Numbered from the stretch's first letter, positions 1-9,319 are shown. The stretch is 64,000 bases of DNA from an uncultured Spirochaetota bacterium (GCA_963820525.1 CAWGAA010000001.1:2208001-2272000); one strand, 5' to 3'. Translations and numbers: made by a program. Notes: a model not told the origin generated them from the sequence alone.

Positions 1-108
1 GAAGGGTCCGATGCGGGTATTGTCCCCGACGGAGCAGCCGTAGAGGTTCACGAACTCGTGCAGGACGACGTTTTCCCCCAGCACCACATCGTCGGCTATC
101 ATCTTCAT
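1..108 (-). CDS. Hexapeptide-repeat (left-handed beta-helix) sugar N-acetyltransferase, WbpD/WxcM-like; 5' part only, runs off the window
   Basis: Manual translation from ATG at 108: MKMIADDVVLGENVVLHEFVNLYGCSVGDNTRIGPF. The start overlaps the stop of the upstream gene (ATGA). Not in the ORF track. Confidence 0.8.
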   Translation of the reverse strand, partial: MKMIADDVVLGENVVLHEFVNLYGCSVGDNTRIGPF

Positions 109-1154
109 GCCGGCTGCCTTTCCGTTCGGATCCTGGCGGGGGACCCGCCAAGGGGAACGCTCGCGCCGCCGAGCGCCAGCGAGCGATTGGCCGCCTCGAG
201 AATCCGCGTCACCTTCAGCCCCTCCGATCCGCTCGTGTCGGGACGGGCGCCGCTCGCGATGCAATCGAGGAAATGCTGGCATTCGACCTTCAGCGGCTCC
301 ACCAGCTTGAGAAAAGGAGAGACGACGTCCCCGTAATGGTAGGAGTATTGAAACTCGGCGAACGTATCGTAATGGGGGGGCGCCTCGACGGATTTCTCGT
401 AGATCTTGATCTTCTCCAGAGGCTCCAGATCGTCGTAGACGACCATTCTCTTGGAGCCCACGATCGTGATCTCCCGCACCTTGCGGGGGTCGATCCAGCT
501 CACATGGACGCTGGCAAAGCTTCCGTTGACGAACCCGAGAGAGAGGTTGGCGATGTCCTCTATCCCCGGGGTGATGTGCGCCTTTCCCTGGCAATTCACG
601 CTGACCGGGTCCTGGCCCAGGAGATAGAGAATGATGGATATGTCGTGGGGGGCCAGATCCCACACGACGTTGATATCCCTCTGGAAGAGGCCCAGATTGA
701 GGCGGCGCGCCGAGATATGCATCACCTCTCCCAGATATCCGGAGTCGATGACTTCCTTGATCTTGCGCACGGGGGAGGAATAGATGAAGGTATGCCCGAC
801 CATGAGTGTGAGGGAGCGCTTCTCGGCGAGCTGGATCAGTCCCAGCGCCTCATCGCTTGAGACGGCAAGCGGCTTTTCAACGAAGACGTGCTTCCCCGCT
901 TCCAGCGCCTGGCCGGCGAGGGGGAAATGGGTCCGCACCGGCGTGACGATGAAGACCGCCTCGATGTTCTGGTCCGAAAGCACGTCGGAGAACTCCGCCG
1001 TGCCCTTGAGCCCGGGGTAGAGCGCGAGTATCGAGGAGAGACGCGCCGGATCCTTGTCGCAGATCAGCTTGACCCGGCATTCGGGAAGGGAGACGAGGTT
1101 GCGGATCAGGTTGGGGCCCCAGTACCCGCAGCCGACAACGGCGACGTCATACAT
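105..1154 (-). CDS. Gfo/Idh/MocA family oxidoreductase (nucleotide-sugar 3-dehydrogenase-like)
   Basis: GCGYWG Rossmann motif, GKHVFVEKP, WDLAPHD; polysaccharide context. Confidence 0.9.
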   Translation of the reverse strand: MYDVAVVGCGYWGPNLIRNLVSLPECRVKLICDKDPARLSSILALYPGLKGTAEFSDVLSDQNIEAVFIVTPVRTHFPLAGQALEAGKHVFVEKPLAVSSDEALGLIQLAEKRSLTLMVGHTFIYSSPVRKIKEVIDSGYLGEVMHISARRLNLGLFQRDINVVWDLAPHDISIILYLLGQDPVSVNCQGKAHITPGIEDIANLSLGFVNGSFASVHVSWIDPRKVREITIVGSKRMVVYDDLEPLEKIKIYEKSVEAPPHYDTFAEFQYSYHYGDVVSPFLKLVEPLKVECQHFLDCIASGARPDTSGSEGLKVTRILEAANRSLALGGASVPLGGSPARIRTERQPA

Positions 1155-2358
1155 GGCTCAACCTCCCCTCGCCATAGCGGTCCTTGTAGGCAGCGTCTTT
1201 CGCCGCGCCGGCCTTCGCCTCGCGCCTGCGGCCGACGAGCGCCTCCGCGACGAGCCCGAAAAGCGTCGGCACCGTGCGCAGAAGGATTTTCATGTCGAGG
1301 GAGAACGACATCCTCTTTGCGTAGGAGATGTCCAACCTGATCATCTTCTCGAAGCTCAAGCGGTTCTTTCCGCTCACCTGCCACAGCCCCGTCATTCCGG
1401 GGAGTATGTCGAAGCGGTGAGCGTGCCAGCACAGGTATTCCTTCGCCTCATAGGGAATGCAGGGCCGCGGGCCCACGAGGCTCATCTCTCCCCGAAGCAC
1501 GTTGATGAGCTGGGGCAGCTCGTCGAGGGAGGCCTTGCGGAGAAGCCCTCCACCGGGAATCACGCGCGGGTCCCTGCCTTCATCGAGCTTGCGCATGGGC
1601 TCTCCGCCCCTGATCAGGCTCTTCAGGTACTCGCGGTGGGCCGAATCGTCGCTTTTCTCGTGCATCGTGCGGAACTTGAGGAACTGGAAGATCCTTCCGC
1701 CGCGCCCCACGCGCGCCTGCCTGAAGAACACCCTTCCCGGGGAGACGCATTTGATAGAGACGGCGATCAGCGCGAACAGGGGGGAGAGTACAATCAGCCC
1801 GAAAATCGAGCCGGCGACATCGATCCATCTCTTCCACAGGGGAATCTCTTCGGGAAGCAGGCTGAAGAAAAGGCCGATGGCCGAATCGGCGCCGGCATCT
1901 CCCGCCTCCGCGTCCTTGCCGCTTTTGGCGGCCTGTTCTTCCCATGAAGAGGTGACGCTGCGGTCCCAGTCGTCGGGGTAGAGAATAATGGCATGGGGAA
2001 TCAAGGGGAGATCGGCAGTCACGGCTTCCCGCGCGTGCCGAGCGAAGGTCCTTGCTCCCTCACCGTTCGTCGAGGGAAGAAGAACGGCGAGCTTGCCCGG
2101 CTCCAGCCAGCCGATCACATCGACGCTTCGCATCGCGGGGTGAATGCGGCGCAAGACCTCGCGACAATAAGAGACTTTGTCCTTGACCGGATCGAAGTCC
2201 CAAACGACCAGGGCGAAACCGTCACCGTTCCTGGCCACGCGCGCCCTTTCGTGACGGATGATCGAGCGGAAAGTCGTCGGAGAGCAGGCACCAAAGCCCC
2301 CGTCCAGACACGCCAGCCCTTCCGTCATGAACCGCGAAAAACTATTACGAGCGTTCAC
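1147..2358 (-). CDS. Priming phosphoglycosyltransferase (bacterial sugar transferase) with N-terminal degenerate GGDEF-like domain
   Basis: C-terminal KR.ID, FLKFRTM, SLDELPQLINVLRGEMSLVGPRP and PGMTGLWQV motifs. N-terminal ERAR..R...FALVVWD and RSVDVIGWLEPGKLAVLLP. GTG start at 2358 follows a GGAGGAGG RBS. Confidence 0.88.
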   Translation of the reverse strand: MNARNSFSRFMTEGLACLDGGFGACSPTTFRSIIRHERARVARNGDGFALVVWDFDPVKDKVSYCREVLRRIHPAMRSVDVIGWLEPGKLAVLLPSTNGEGARTFARHAREAVTADLPLIPHAIILYPDDWDRSVTSSWEEQAAKSGKDAEAGDAGADSAIGLFFSLLPEEIPLWKRWIDVAGSIFGLIVLSPLFALIAVSIKCVSPGRVFFRQARVGRGGRIFQFLKFRTMHEKSDDSAHREYLKSLIRGGEPMRKLDEGRDPRVIPGGGLLRKASLDELPQLINVLRGEMSLVGPRPCIPYEAKEYLCWHAHRFDILPGMTGLWQVSGKNRLSFEKMIRLDISYAKRMSFSLDMKILLRTVPTLFGLVAEALVGRRREAKAGAAKDAAYKDRYGEGRLSHV

Positions 2359-2827
2359 ATTCCTCCTCCCTGCCTGCACGGCATCGCCGGGGCGCGCCTC
2401 CCCAAACGGAGAGCTCGCCCGGCTCCGCAAACGATAGAAAAACTGCGGCGCGGAGTGTCGCCGAAACGGACTCCTCCGCGACTCTTTTGTAGCTCGCCGC
2501 CGCCAGCGGGTTACAGTATTCCGTCCCCCTTCGGCGACAGACCGGGCAGACTCGCGCGCTTGAAAGAAACGCTTCCAAGATCATGGGCGGGAGGTTTCGA
2601 AGCAGCCCCGCCGGACATCGTCATCAGGCGCGCGGTGAAACGGCCCCGTACGATACCGAGCCTTTTTTTTCTCCCGAAAGATCGCTTATTTTCCTTCACT
2701 CCAAGCCAATCCTTCATGCAAAGAAACATATATATTCGCTCTTTGAAGTTAGAATACAGAAAAAAAATGATTTTCAGGTGAGATCGGGTATGAAGAAGAC
2801 GGCAGATGCTACGACTTTTTTCCTAGA

Positions 2828-3517
2828 TCAGAGATTCTTCTCCGCCCACAGGGCCGCCTGGAGGCGGTTCGGGACGTTCAGCTTCTTGAACACGTTGTAG
2901 ATATGGGTTTTCACCGTATGCGTGCTGATGTAGAGCTTCTTCGCGATTTCCTCGTTGCTCGCCCCGACGCTGATCAGCGTCAAGACCTGCGCTTCCCTCT
3001 GGGTGAGCGCCGTGCGGACCCGCGTCGCGTGGTCTCCGCCGGCCCTCTTCTGCAAGGCCATCTGCGTGAGCAGGTCTCGGGAGATCCAGACTTCCCCATG
3101 AAGGAGGGCATCGAGACCCTTGATGAAAAGCCGCAGGCCGTCCTGTCGATAGAAGAAGCCGCGCACGCCCTTCATGAATGCCCGCTTCTCCATGCCGTGG
3201 TCGGTCTTGATGTTGAAGAGCGCCAGCACGACGCCGAAAGACGCCCACTCCGCCGACACGCCGAGCTCCGAAAGGATCTTCTCGTAGTCTGATTCCAGGT
3301 AATCGATGAGCAGGACCTTTCGCAGCTCCTTGGATTTCATCTCCTGCGGCAAAGAAGTGATGTCCTTGACAAGCACGCACCTCTCGCACACCTCCTTCTC
3401 CAGAACAAACGCAAGGGATTCGTTGAGAAGGCAATCAGGGCCCACAATGGCAACGAGGGACTGCGGCGCTATCTGTGCAATTCCGTCCCTTTGTGAGTCG
3501 CGCGTGACGTCGTCCAT
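2828..3517 (-). CDS. CsgD/VpsT-like LuxR-family regulator (atypical REC domain plus HTH)
   Basis: C-terminal LTQREAQVL...ISTHTVKTHIYNVFKKLNVPNRLQAALWAEKNL resembles the CsgD/VpsT HTH. GEVWISR lies in the linker. REC acidic pocket is absent. Confidence 0.85.
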   Translation of the reverse strand: MDDVTRDSQRDGIAQIAPQSLVAIVGPDCLLNESLAFVLEKEVCERCVLVKDITSLPQEMKSKELRKVLLIDYLESDYEKILSELGVSAEWASFGVVLALFNIKTDHGMEKRAFMKGVRGFFYRQDGLRLFIKGLDALLHGEVWISRDLLTQMALQKRAGGDHATRVRTALTQREAQVLTLISVGASNEEIAKKLYISTHTVKTHIYNVFKKLNVPNRLQAALWAEKNL

Positions 3518-3594
3518 TCGTGGATCCGGAAGATGCTCGACGGGTCGTATATTTGAATTGACGCCGCTCTCCTTTACTGGATACTAATATACTT

Positions 3595-4626
3595 ATGAAT
3601 GATTTGGACTATCAACAAAGATTGCCCCCTCCCGAAAGCACTTTTCTGCAGAACGTGCTGCGCTATATCGCCGTTTTCATCAAGTACAAGGCGCTCATCA
3701 TCGCAGTCACTGCGGCGGTGGCAGCCGTCGCCATCGCGGTCTCGGCGGCGAGCCTGGTCCTCCCACCGGGGAAGAATCCCCTGCCCAATGTGTACACGGC
3801 GGAGGCGACGGTCCTGGTCCAGTCCAACCCGTCCAACGACATCACGTCCAACATCCTGTCCTCGCTCACCGGCAGGAGCGGAGAAAGTGCCGCACCGATA
3901 GGGTTCGAATACTCGGCGCTGGTTCTCCAGATGCTCCAGAGCCGCGTCATCCTCGACCAGGTTGCCCTGGACCTCGATTTCGCCAACCGCTATAAGCTGG
4001 GCCAAGGGGACAGGGCCAAATTCAAGGCCCGGGATATGATCGAGGGCAAGTCCCATTTCACCTATGCGAAGAGCTCCGGAACGATTACAATCTCCTACCG
4101 GGATACGGATCCCGTCTTTGCCAGCCAGGTGGTGAACCGGATGGTGCTCCTGCTCAACGACTGGTTCGATCGGATGTACGGCGCCTCGACGCAGAAGCAG
4201 AAGGATACCCTCCAGCAGAAGATGACGGAAGTCAAAGACCAGATCACGAGCCTCCAGGATCAGATCAAGACGCTGCAAAAGGAGTACGGCTTCCTCACCA
4301 TCCAGGAGCTGGGCCCCTCCCAGGCCGACGTGGCGCAGCAGTTCGCCAACCTCAAACAGGAGCTCGACGTCCAGGAAGGGATCTACAACACGCTCTCCCA
4401 CCAGTACGAGCTTGCCCGGCTGTCGATCGATCCGACGCCTTCCTTCCAGGTGCTGGAGATGGCCGAGGTGCCGGGACTGAAGTCCGGCCCCAACAGGACC
4501 TCCATCATCATCATGAGCACGCTGATCGCCTTCTGCGCCAGCCTCGTGCTCTCCCTGATCATCAACGGAGTATCGAAAGTCCGTAAAGATCCGCAGTTAC
4601 GAAGGATTCTGAAGGAAAACAGGTGA
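3595..4626 (+). CDS. Polysaccharide co-polymerase / chain-length determinant (Wzz/GNVR), no kinase domain
   Basis: N-terminal TM, PNVYTAEATVLV, coiled coil, AEVP..KSGPNR motif before the C-terminal TM. Confidence 0.85.
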   Translation: MNDLDYQQRLPPPESTFLQNVLRYIAVFIKYKALIIAVTAAVAAVAIAVSAASLVLPPGKNPLPNVYTAEATVLVQSNPSNDITSNILSSLTGRSGESAAPIGFEYSALVLQMLQSRVILDQVALDLDFANRYKLGQGDRAKFKARDMIEGKSHFTYAKSSGTITISYRDTDPVFASQVVNRMVLLLNDWFDRMYGASTQKQKDTLQQKMTEVKDQITSLQDQIKTLQKEYGFLTIQELGPSQADVAQQFANLKQELDVQEGIYNTLSHQYELARLSIDPTPSFQVLEMAEVPGLKSGPNRTSIIIMSTLIAFCASLVLSLIINGVSKVRKDPQLRRILKENR

Positions 4627-5024
4627 AAGCCATTCGGGGGGTCGCTGCGCTGCTTGCGCTCGTGCTCTGCGGCTGCGCGATGTCACTGATGTCCCCGGCG
4701 GTCGGCATCCCCGTGACGGCAGACTCCATCTCCCTGTCCTGGGACCCCCCCGCGGGAGGGCTTCCCGGCATGCTGGGGGTTTCCTCCTACAGGATCTATT
4801 ACCGGCCGCATGACACCCTCGCCTATACGATGATCGCAGAAGTTCCCGCGTCGAGCGGCACCTCCTATCAGCTGTCTCATGCGGCAATCGGGGACGGGCA
4901 GTTCGATTTCGCCGTGGCGGCGATCAATGGCATCGGCCTGTCGTCCGACCTGCACGAATCGGTGGATTGGAATGCCGCTCCGATGGGAGGATGGTATATA
5001 ATCTGGATCAATTCGCGCCGCTGA
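4623..5024 (+). CDS. Small putative lipoprotein with a fibronectin type III-like domain
   Basis: Signal peptide ending LCGC; ISLSWDPP...SYRIYY...FAVAAIN..G.SS Fn3 pattern; GTGA overlap with wzz. Confidence 0.7.
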   Translation: MKAIRGVAALLALVLCGCAMSLMSPAVGIPVTADSISLSWDPPAGGLPGMLGVSSYRIYYRPHDTLAYTMIAEVPASSGTSYQLSHAAIGDGQFDFAVAAINGIGLSSDLHESVDWNAAPMGGWYIIWINSRR

Positions 5025-5049
5025 CGGGTCCTCTCAGAGGAAAACCCTC

Positions 5050-5796
5050 ATGCGATCGGAGGAGGAAAAAGTCATGAATCAAGCGACCATGGCATTGCTT
5101 GCTGGCGGCGTTGCCGCACTGCTCTCCCTGGCGGCGCCCCGCCTGACGCAGGCAATGGCCGCCGACAATCCCCTGCAGGCCCCCGATTCTTTCGCGCCCG
5201 CCGCCGAGCCTGCCGAACCCGCCGCGCCCACGCAGCCCGCCATGCCCGTCGCCGCGCCCCCCGCACTGGACACCCAGCCGGCCAAAGCGGCAGACCCTCC
5301 GGCGAAGGCGGCCGGCCGACCCCTGGATCTGGGAATAATCTTCAACATCAACAACCCGCTGCAGAACCTGGAAAGCTACCAGGGGGGTCTCGGCATAAAG
5401 GCGATGTTCGGCGAGCAGGCGGTGCGCACCCTCGTCAACATCAGCTTCGACAGCACCGCTGGCTCCTTTGCCGTCAACCTGGGGGCCGCCTATGAGTACC
5501 ATCTCTTCCCCGAGCCTGTCTCTCCCTACCTCGGGCTCGCCGCAAAGGCGGGATACATGCGGCAGGATTCCAATGTCGCCGTCGTGCCGATTTCGGCCGG
5601 CGCCGTGCTTGGGGCCGAGATCTTCATCCTCGACTTTCTCTCCGTCTTCGCCGAATACGAGGTATCCTTTTCCGCTTCATGGCTCACCGACCTCACCTCT
5701 TCCGTGACCACCACAAACTACTGGCTCAGCACGGGGCTGGGCAACGACGGGAAGATCGGCATCGTGCTCTACTTCCAGCGCGCCCGAAAGGGCTGA
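5050..5796 (+). CDS. Putative small outer-membrane beta-barrel protein with Pro/Ala-rich N-terminal linker
   Basis: Signal peptide, PA-rich stretch, amphipathic strands (AYEYH..VSPYLG, GAEIF...SVFAEY, IGIVLYF). The start could be 5074. Confidence 0.65.
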   Translation: MRSEEEKVMNQATMALLAGGVAALLSLAAPRLTQAMAADNPLQAPDSFAPAAEPAEPAAPTQPAMPVAAPPALDTQPAKAADPPAKAAGRPLDLGIIFNINNPLQNLESYQGGLGIKAMFGEQAVRTLVNISFDSTAGSFAVNLGAAYEYHLFPEPVSPYLGLAAKAGYMRQDSNVAVVPISAGAVLGAEIFILDFLSVFAEYEVSFSASWLTDLTSSVTTTNYWLSTGLGNDGKIGIVLYFQRARKG

Positions 5797-5854
5797 AGGC
5801 GAGGGGCAACTTTTCTTTGTTGCCCTCCGCCGCGGCGGAACGTATTTTACCCCT

Positions 5855-7495
5855 ATGAATTCGGATGACGCATCGCTTGCCCCCTGGGGCGAAAGCTTCC
5901 CCCTCCCCACGGCCGACGATGATCGGGCCGAGATGGATCGTCTGCGCAAGCTCGTGGATGAAAACAGGGAGGCGGGCCGCCAGATCGTCGTCGTGGTAGG
6001 GCTCGGCTTCGTCGGTTCGGTCATGGCCGCCGTTGTCGCGGATGCGATGGATGGCAGGGGACGCCCCGCAAAGTTCGTGATCGGCCTCGACCGCCGCCTG
6101 CCCGCAACCTTCTGGAAAATTCCCGTGCTCAATCGAGGCGACTCTCCGGTAAGCGCAGACGATCCCGAAGTGGCTCCCCTCATCAGGCGATGCGCGGTGG
6201 AGAAGAAAACCCTCACCGCCACCTGGGCTCTCGACGCGCTCTCTCTGGCGGACGTCGTCGTGGTGGACATCCAGTGCGACTACGTCAAGGAAACACTGGG
6301 AAACGTGCGCAAGGGCACCGTCGACATGCTGGCCCTCGAGGATGTGTTCGAGAAGATCGGCGCCAAGGTGGATCCGGGCACCCTCGTTCTCATCGAGACA
6401 ACGGTTGCCCCGGGCACCACCGAACAGGTCGCCCTGCCCATCATCAAGAAGGCTTTCGAAAAGAGAGGGATCGCCGAGGAGCCCCTGCTGGCCCACAGCT
6501 ACGAGCGGGTGATGCCGGGCAAGGATTACGTGGCCTCGGTTCGCGACTACTGGCGGGTGTGCAGCGGCGTCAACGCAAAGGCGAGCGACGGCGTGACCCG
6601 GTTCCTCAAGAGCGTGTTGAACACCGAGAAATATCCCCTCACGGTCCTGGACCGCCCCATCGAGAGCGAGACCGCCAAGATCATCGAGAACAGCTACCGG
6701 GCAACGATCCTCGCCTTCATGGACGAATGGTCCATGTTCGCCGAGCGCAACGGCATCGACATGAAACGGGTAATCGAGGCCATCAGGATGCGGCCGACGC
6801 ACTCCAATATCCTTTTCCCCGGCCCGGGGATCGGGGGCTACTGCCTGCCGAAGGACGGCGGGCTCGGCATCTGGTCGTACAGGCACATCCTGGGCTGGGA
6901 GGACGATATCTTCCGCGTGACCCCCCTGGCGATAGATATCAACGACGGCAGGGCGCTGCACGTCCCGCAGATGGTCCGCGACGCGCTTCGAAACATGGGG
7001 GAATCGATCTCCTCGGCCGACGTGCTCGTGCTGGGAGTCTCCTACAGGGAAGACGTGGGAGACACCCGTTACAGCGGCTCTGAGCTCATCGTGAGACGCC
7101 TCTCGGAGATGGGAGCCGCGCTGCGCGTCCATGACCCATACGTGGAGCGCTGGCCCGAGCTCGAGTACCAGGACAGCTACCCCGCGGGCGACCACTCGAA
7201 GGCGCGTTTCTTCGACAGGCAGTCGCGGCTTTCCGAGCTGCGCCTGGAGAAGGACATGTGGGCGGCCATGAAGGGCGTCAAGGCGATCGTGATGGCGGTG
7301 CGCCATTCACAGTATCTGGAAATGGATCCGGACGAGGTGCTCAAGGCGGTCGGGAAGCCCTTCGCCATGATAGACTGCTTTCTCGTCCTGGACGACAAGA
7401 AGATCAGGCGCTACCTCGAGCTGGGTTGCGAAGTGAAAGGCCTCGGGAGGGGACATATAAAAAGGATCAAGGAGAGCATCCGAAAGGGATGTTGA
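5855..7495 (+). CDS. Nucleotide-sugar (UDP-GlcNAc/ManNAc-type) 6-dehydrogenase
   Basis: GLGFVG, IETTVAPGTT, ERVMPG, catalytic GPGIGGYCLPKD, LGVSYREDVGDTRYS. Confidence 0.9.
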   Translation: MNSDDASLAPWGESFPLPTADDDRAEMDRLRKLVDENREAGRQIVVVVGLGFVGSVMAAVVADAMDGRGRPAKFVIGLDRRLPATFWKIPVLNRGDSPVSADDPEVAPLIRRCAVEKKTLTATWALDALSLADVVVVDIQCDYVKETLGNVRKGTVDMLALEDVFEKIGAKVDPGTLVLIETTVAPGTTEQVALPIIKKAFEKRGIAEEPLLAHSYERVMPGKDYVASVRDYWRVCSGVNAKASDGVTRFLKSVLNTEKYPLTVLDRPIESETAKIIENSYRATILAFMDEWSMFAERNGIDMKRVIEAIRMRPTHSNILFPGPGIGGYCLPKDGGLGIWSYRHILGWEDDIFRVTPLAIDINDGRALHVPQMVRDALRNMGESISSADVLVLGVSYREDVGDTRYSGSELIVRRLSEMGAALRVHDPYVERWPELEYQDSYPAGDHSKARFFDRQSRLSELRLEKDMWAAMKGVKAIVMAVRHSQYLEMDPDEVLKAVGKPFAMIDCFLVLDDKKIRRYLELGCEVKGLGRGHIKRIKESIRKGC

Positions 7496-7546
7496 AAAAC
7501 AAAGGGACCCCTAGGGCGTCGTGGAATCCCTCCACGTGGTGGTAAC

Positions 7547-9316
7547 ATGAGAGTCAAATGTCTCGTTTTTCTGGCCCTGGTCGCGCTCATCCCCGCTGGT
7601 TTTGCCCAGCAGACGGGGCAGGCGCCGACGCCGTCCACCGTCGGCCAATCGTCGCCGGGCGCTGCCAGCATCCCGCTCGCCATTTCAACTCCGGACTACC
7701 CCGTCACGCCGGGAGACACCTTTACCCTGAGCTACTACCAGGCAGGAGTGCTTTCCAACGTCTCCATCCTCGTTCAAAGCGATTACGGCATCGACTTGGG
7801 TTTCTTCGGGAAGGTGAACGCGCTGGGAAAGACTTTCGCGCAGTTGAAGCCCATCGTCAGCCAGATGGTTTCAAACATCTATCCCCGCGGAGCGCCGTCC
7901 CTGTCCATCTCTTCACTCGGCGCTTTTCTCGTATTGGTCAAGGGCGAGGTCCCCCAGACCCGCTATGTCCAGGCATGGGGCCTGTCGCGCTTAAGCGAAA
8001 TCGTGGCTCAGGCGGCCGGGCCCTTTTCATCGCTCCGCGACGTTCAGGTCGTCTTGAAAGACGGCACCTCCATCCAGTACGACCTCTACAAGGCGAAACG
8101 GCTGGGCGCGGAAGATCAGGACCCCTACGTGAAGCCGGGGGAATCAATCGTGCTTTCACGGGCGGCCCTCACTGTCCAGATGAAAGGCGAGGTGAAGGTT
8201 CCCGGCGCATACCAGCTCCTGCCGGGAGAGGATCTGGCGACGTTGATAAAAGACTACGGCCGGGGGCTCACCAGCGACGGCGAGGGCTCCCGCGTTGCTA
8301 TAGACCGGTACTCGCAGGCGACGGTGAAAACGCTCTTCGTGGACGTGACGCAGACCTCCGACGATCCCATAGCCCTTCAAGACGGTGACGTTGTCCGCGT
8401 GCCTTCGATCACCGCGGGTCTCCCGGTCGTGTACTTCGAGGGCGCCGTCATCCCCGCCGCAATCACGACTCCATCAGCCGGCGCCGCACCGCAGGCTCCC
8501 GCTTCCCCGCCGGCAGCGGGCCCCTCGCCGGCCCCGGGGCAGGCCGCACTCGGGGAGCTTTCCGGCTACAGCAGGGTAACGTACGCCTTCAGGAAGGGGG
8601 AGACGCTCTATGACGCCGTTCTCGCCGTGCGCTCCTCCATATCGCCCCTTGCCAACCTGCGCGCGGCCAGCATCATGACGGTGGGCACACAGCCCAGGGG
8701 GGTGGACCTGGAAAGGCTCCTCTCCGTGGACGACTCGACTCGTGCCATCCCGCTGGAGCCCTTCGAGCGGATCATGATCCCCTTCACCGGCTTTTTCGTC
8801 TTCATCTCAGGCTCGGTGACAAATCCAGGGAGCTACCCGTACTCCCCCAATCAGAACTATCGCTATTACCTCGCCCTGGTAGGCGCACCCGAGCCCGAGA
8901 ACCCGCAGGGAAGCATCATCATCACCAACGCGGAGGGAAACCCCCGCGGCTTCACGGATCTCATCCAACCCGGAGACACGATCACGGTGGCACCTTCCCA
9001 GGTCACGGTCTGGGGGGCAGTCGTCGCGCCGGGCAACTTCACCTTCGCTCCCGGTCATGACGCTTCCTATTACATCGGCCTCGCGGGCGGCATTGATTCG
9101 AACAAGAACACCAACGGCGCCTACGCGGTGACCGACTCCCGGGGCAAGGCGCGCGATCTCAAGGACCAGCTGCGCCCCGGTGACAGGATCCACATGCTGG
9201 AGAACAGCTTCGTGTACAACTTCAACCTCTACTTCCCCGTGATCGGCTCCACGGTGGCGCTCGTGGCGGCGGTCGCCGGCATCACGCAGGTCATCATCGG
9301 GCTTCTGCCCAAGTAA
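7547..9316 (+). CDS. Polysaccharide export protein with multiple SLBB domains (Wza/OPX-like)
   Basis: Signal peptide; DYPVTPGD Poly_export start; repeated GEV..PG.Y / G.V..PG.Y SLBB units; C-terminal hydrophobic helix. Confidence 0.82.
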   Translation: MRVKCLVFLALVALIPAGFAQQTGQAPTPSTVGQSSPGAASIPLAISTPDYPVTPGDTFTLSYYQAGVLSNVSILVQSDYGIDLGFFGKVNALGKTFAQLKPIVSQMVSNIYPRGAPSLSISSLGAFLVLVKGEVPQTRYVQAWGLSRLSEIVAQAAGPFSSLRDVQVVLKDGTSIQYDLYKAKRLGAEDQDPYVKPGESIVLSRAALTVQMKGEVKVPGAYQLLPGEDLATLIKDYGRGLTSDGEGSRVAIDRYSQATVKTLFVDVTQTSDDPIALQDGDVVRVPSITAGLPVVYFEGAVIPAAITTPSAGAAPQAPASPPAAGPSPAPGQAALGELSGYSRVTYAFRKGETLYDAVLAVRSSISPLANLRAASIMTVGTQPRGVDLERLLSVDDSTRAIPLEPFERIMIPFTGFFVFISGSVTNPGSYPYSPNQNYRYYLALVGAPEPENPQGSIIITNAEGNPRGFTDLIQPGDTITVAPSQVTVWGAVVAPGNFTFAPGHDASYYIGLAGGIDSNKNTNGAYAVTDSRGKARDLKDQLRPGDRIHMLENSFVYNFNLYFPVIGSTVALVAAVAGITQVIIGLLPK

Positions 9317-9319
9317 GGA

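Noticed and set aside
5170..5320. Pro/Ala-coding quasi-repeats (also 8460-8545)
   Set aside because: Low-complexity protein linkers, not DNA repeat elements
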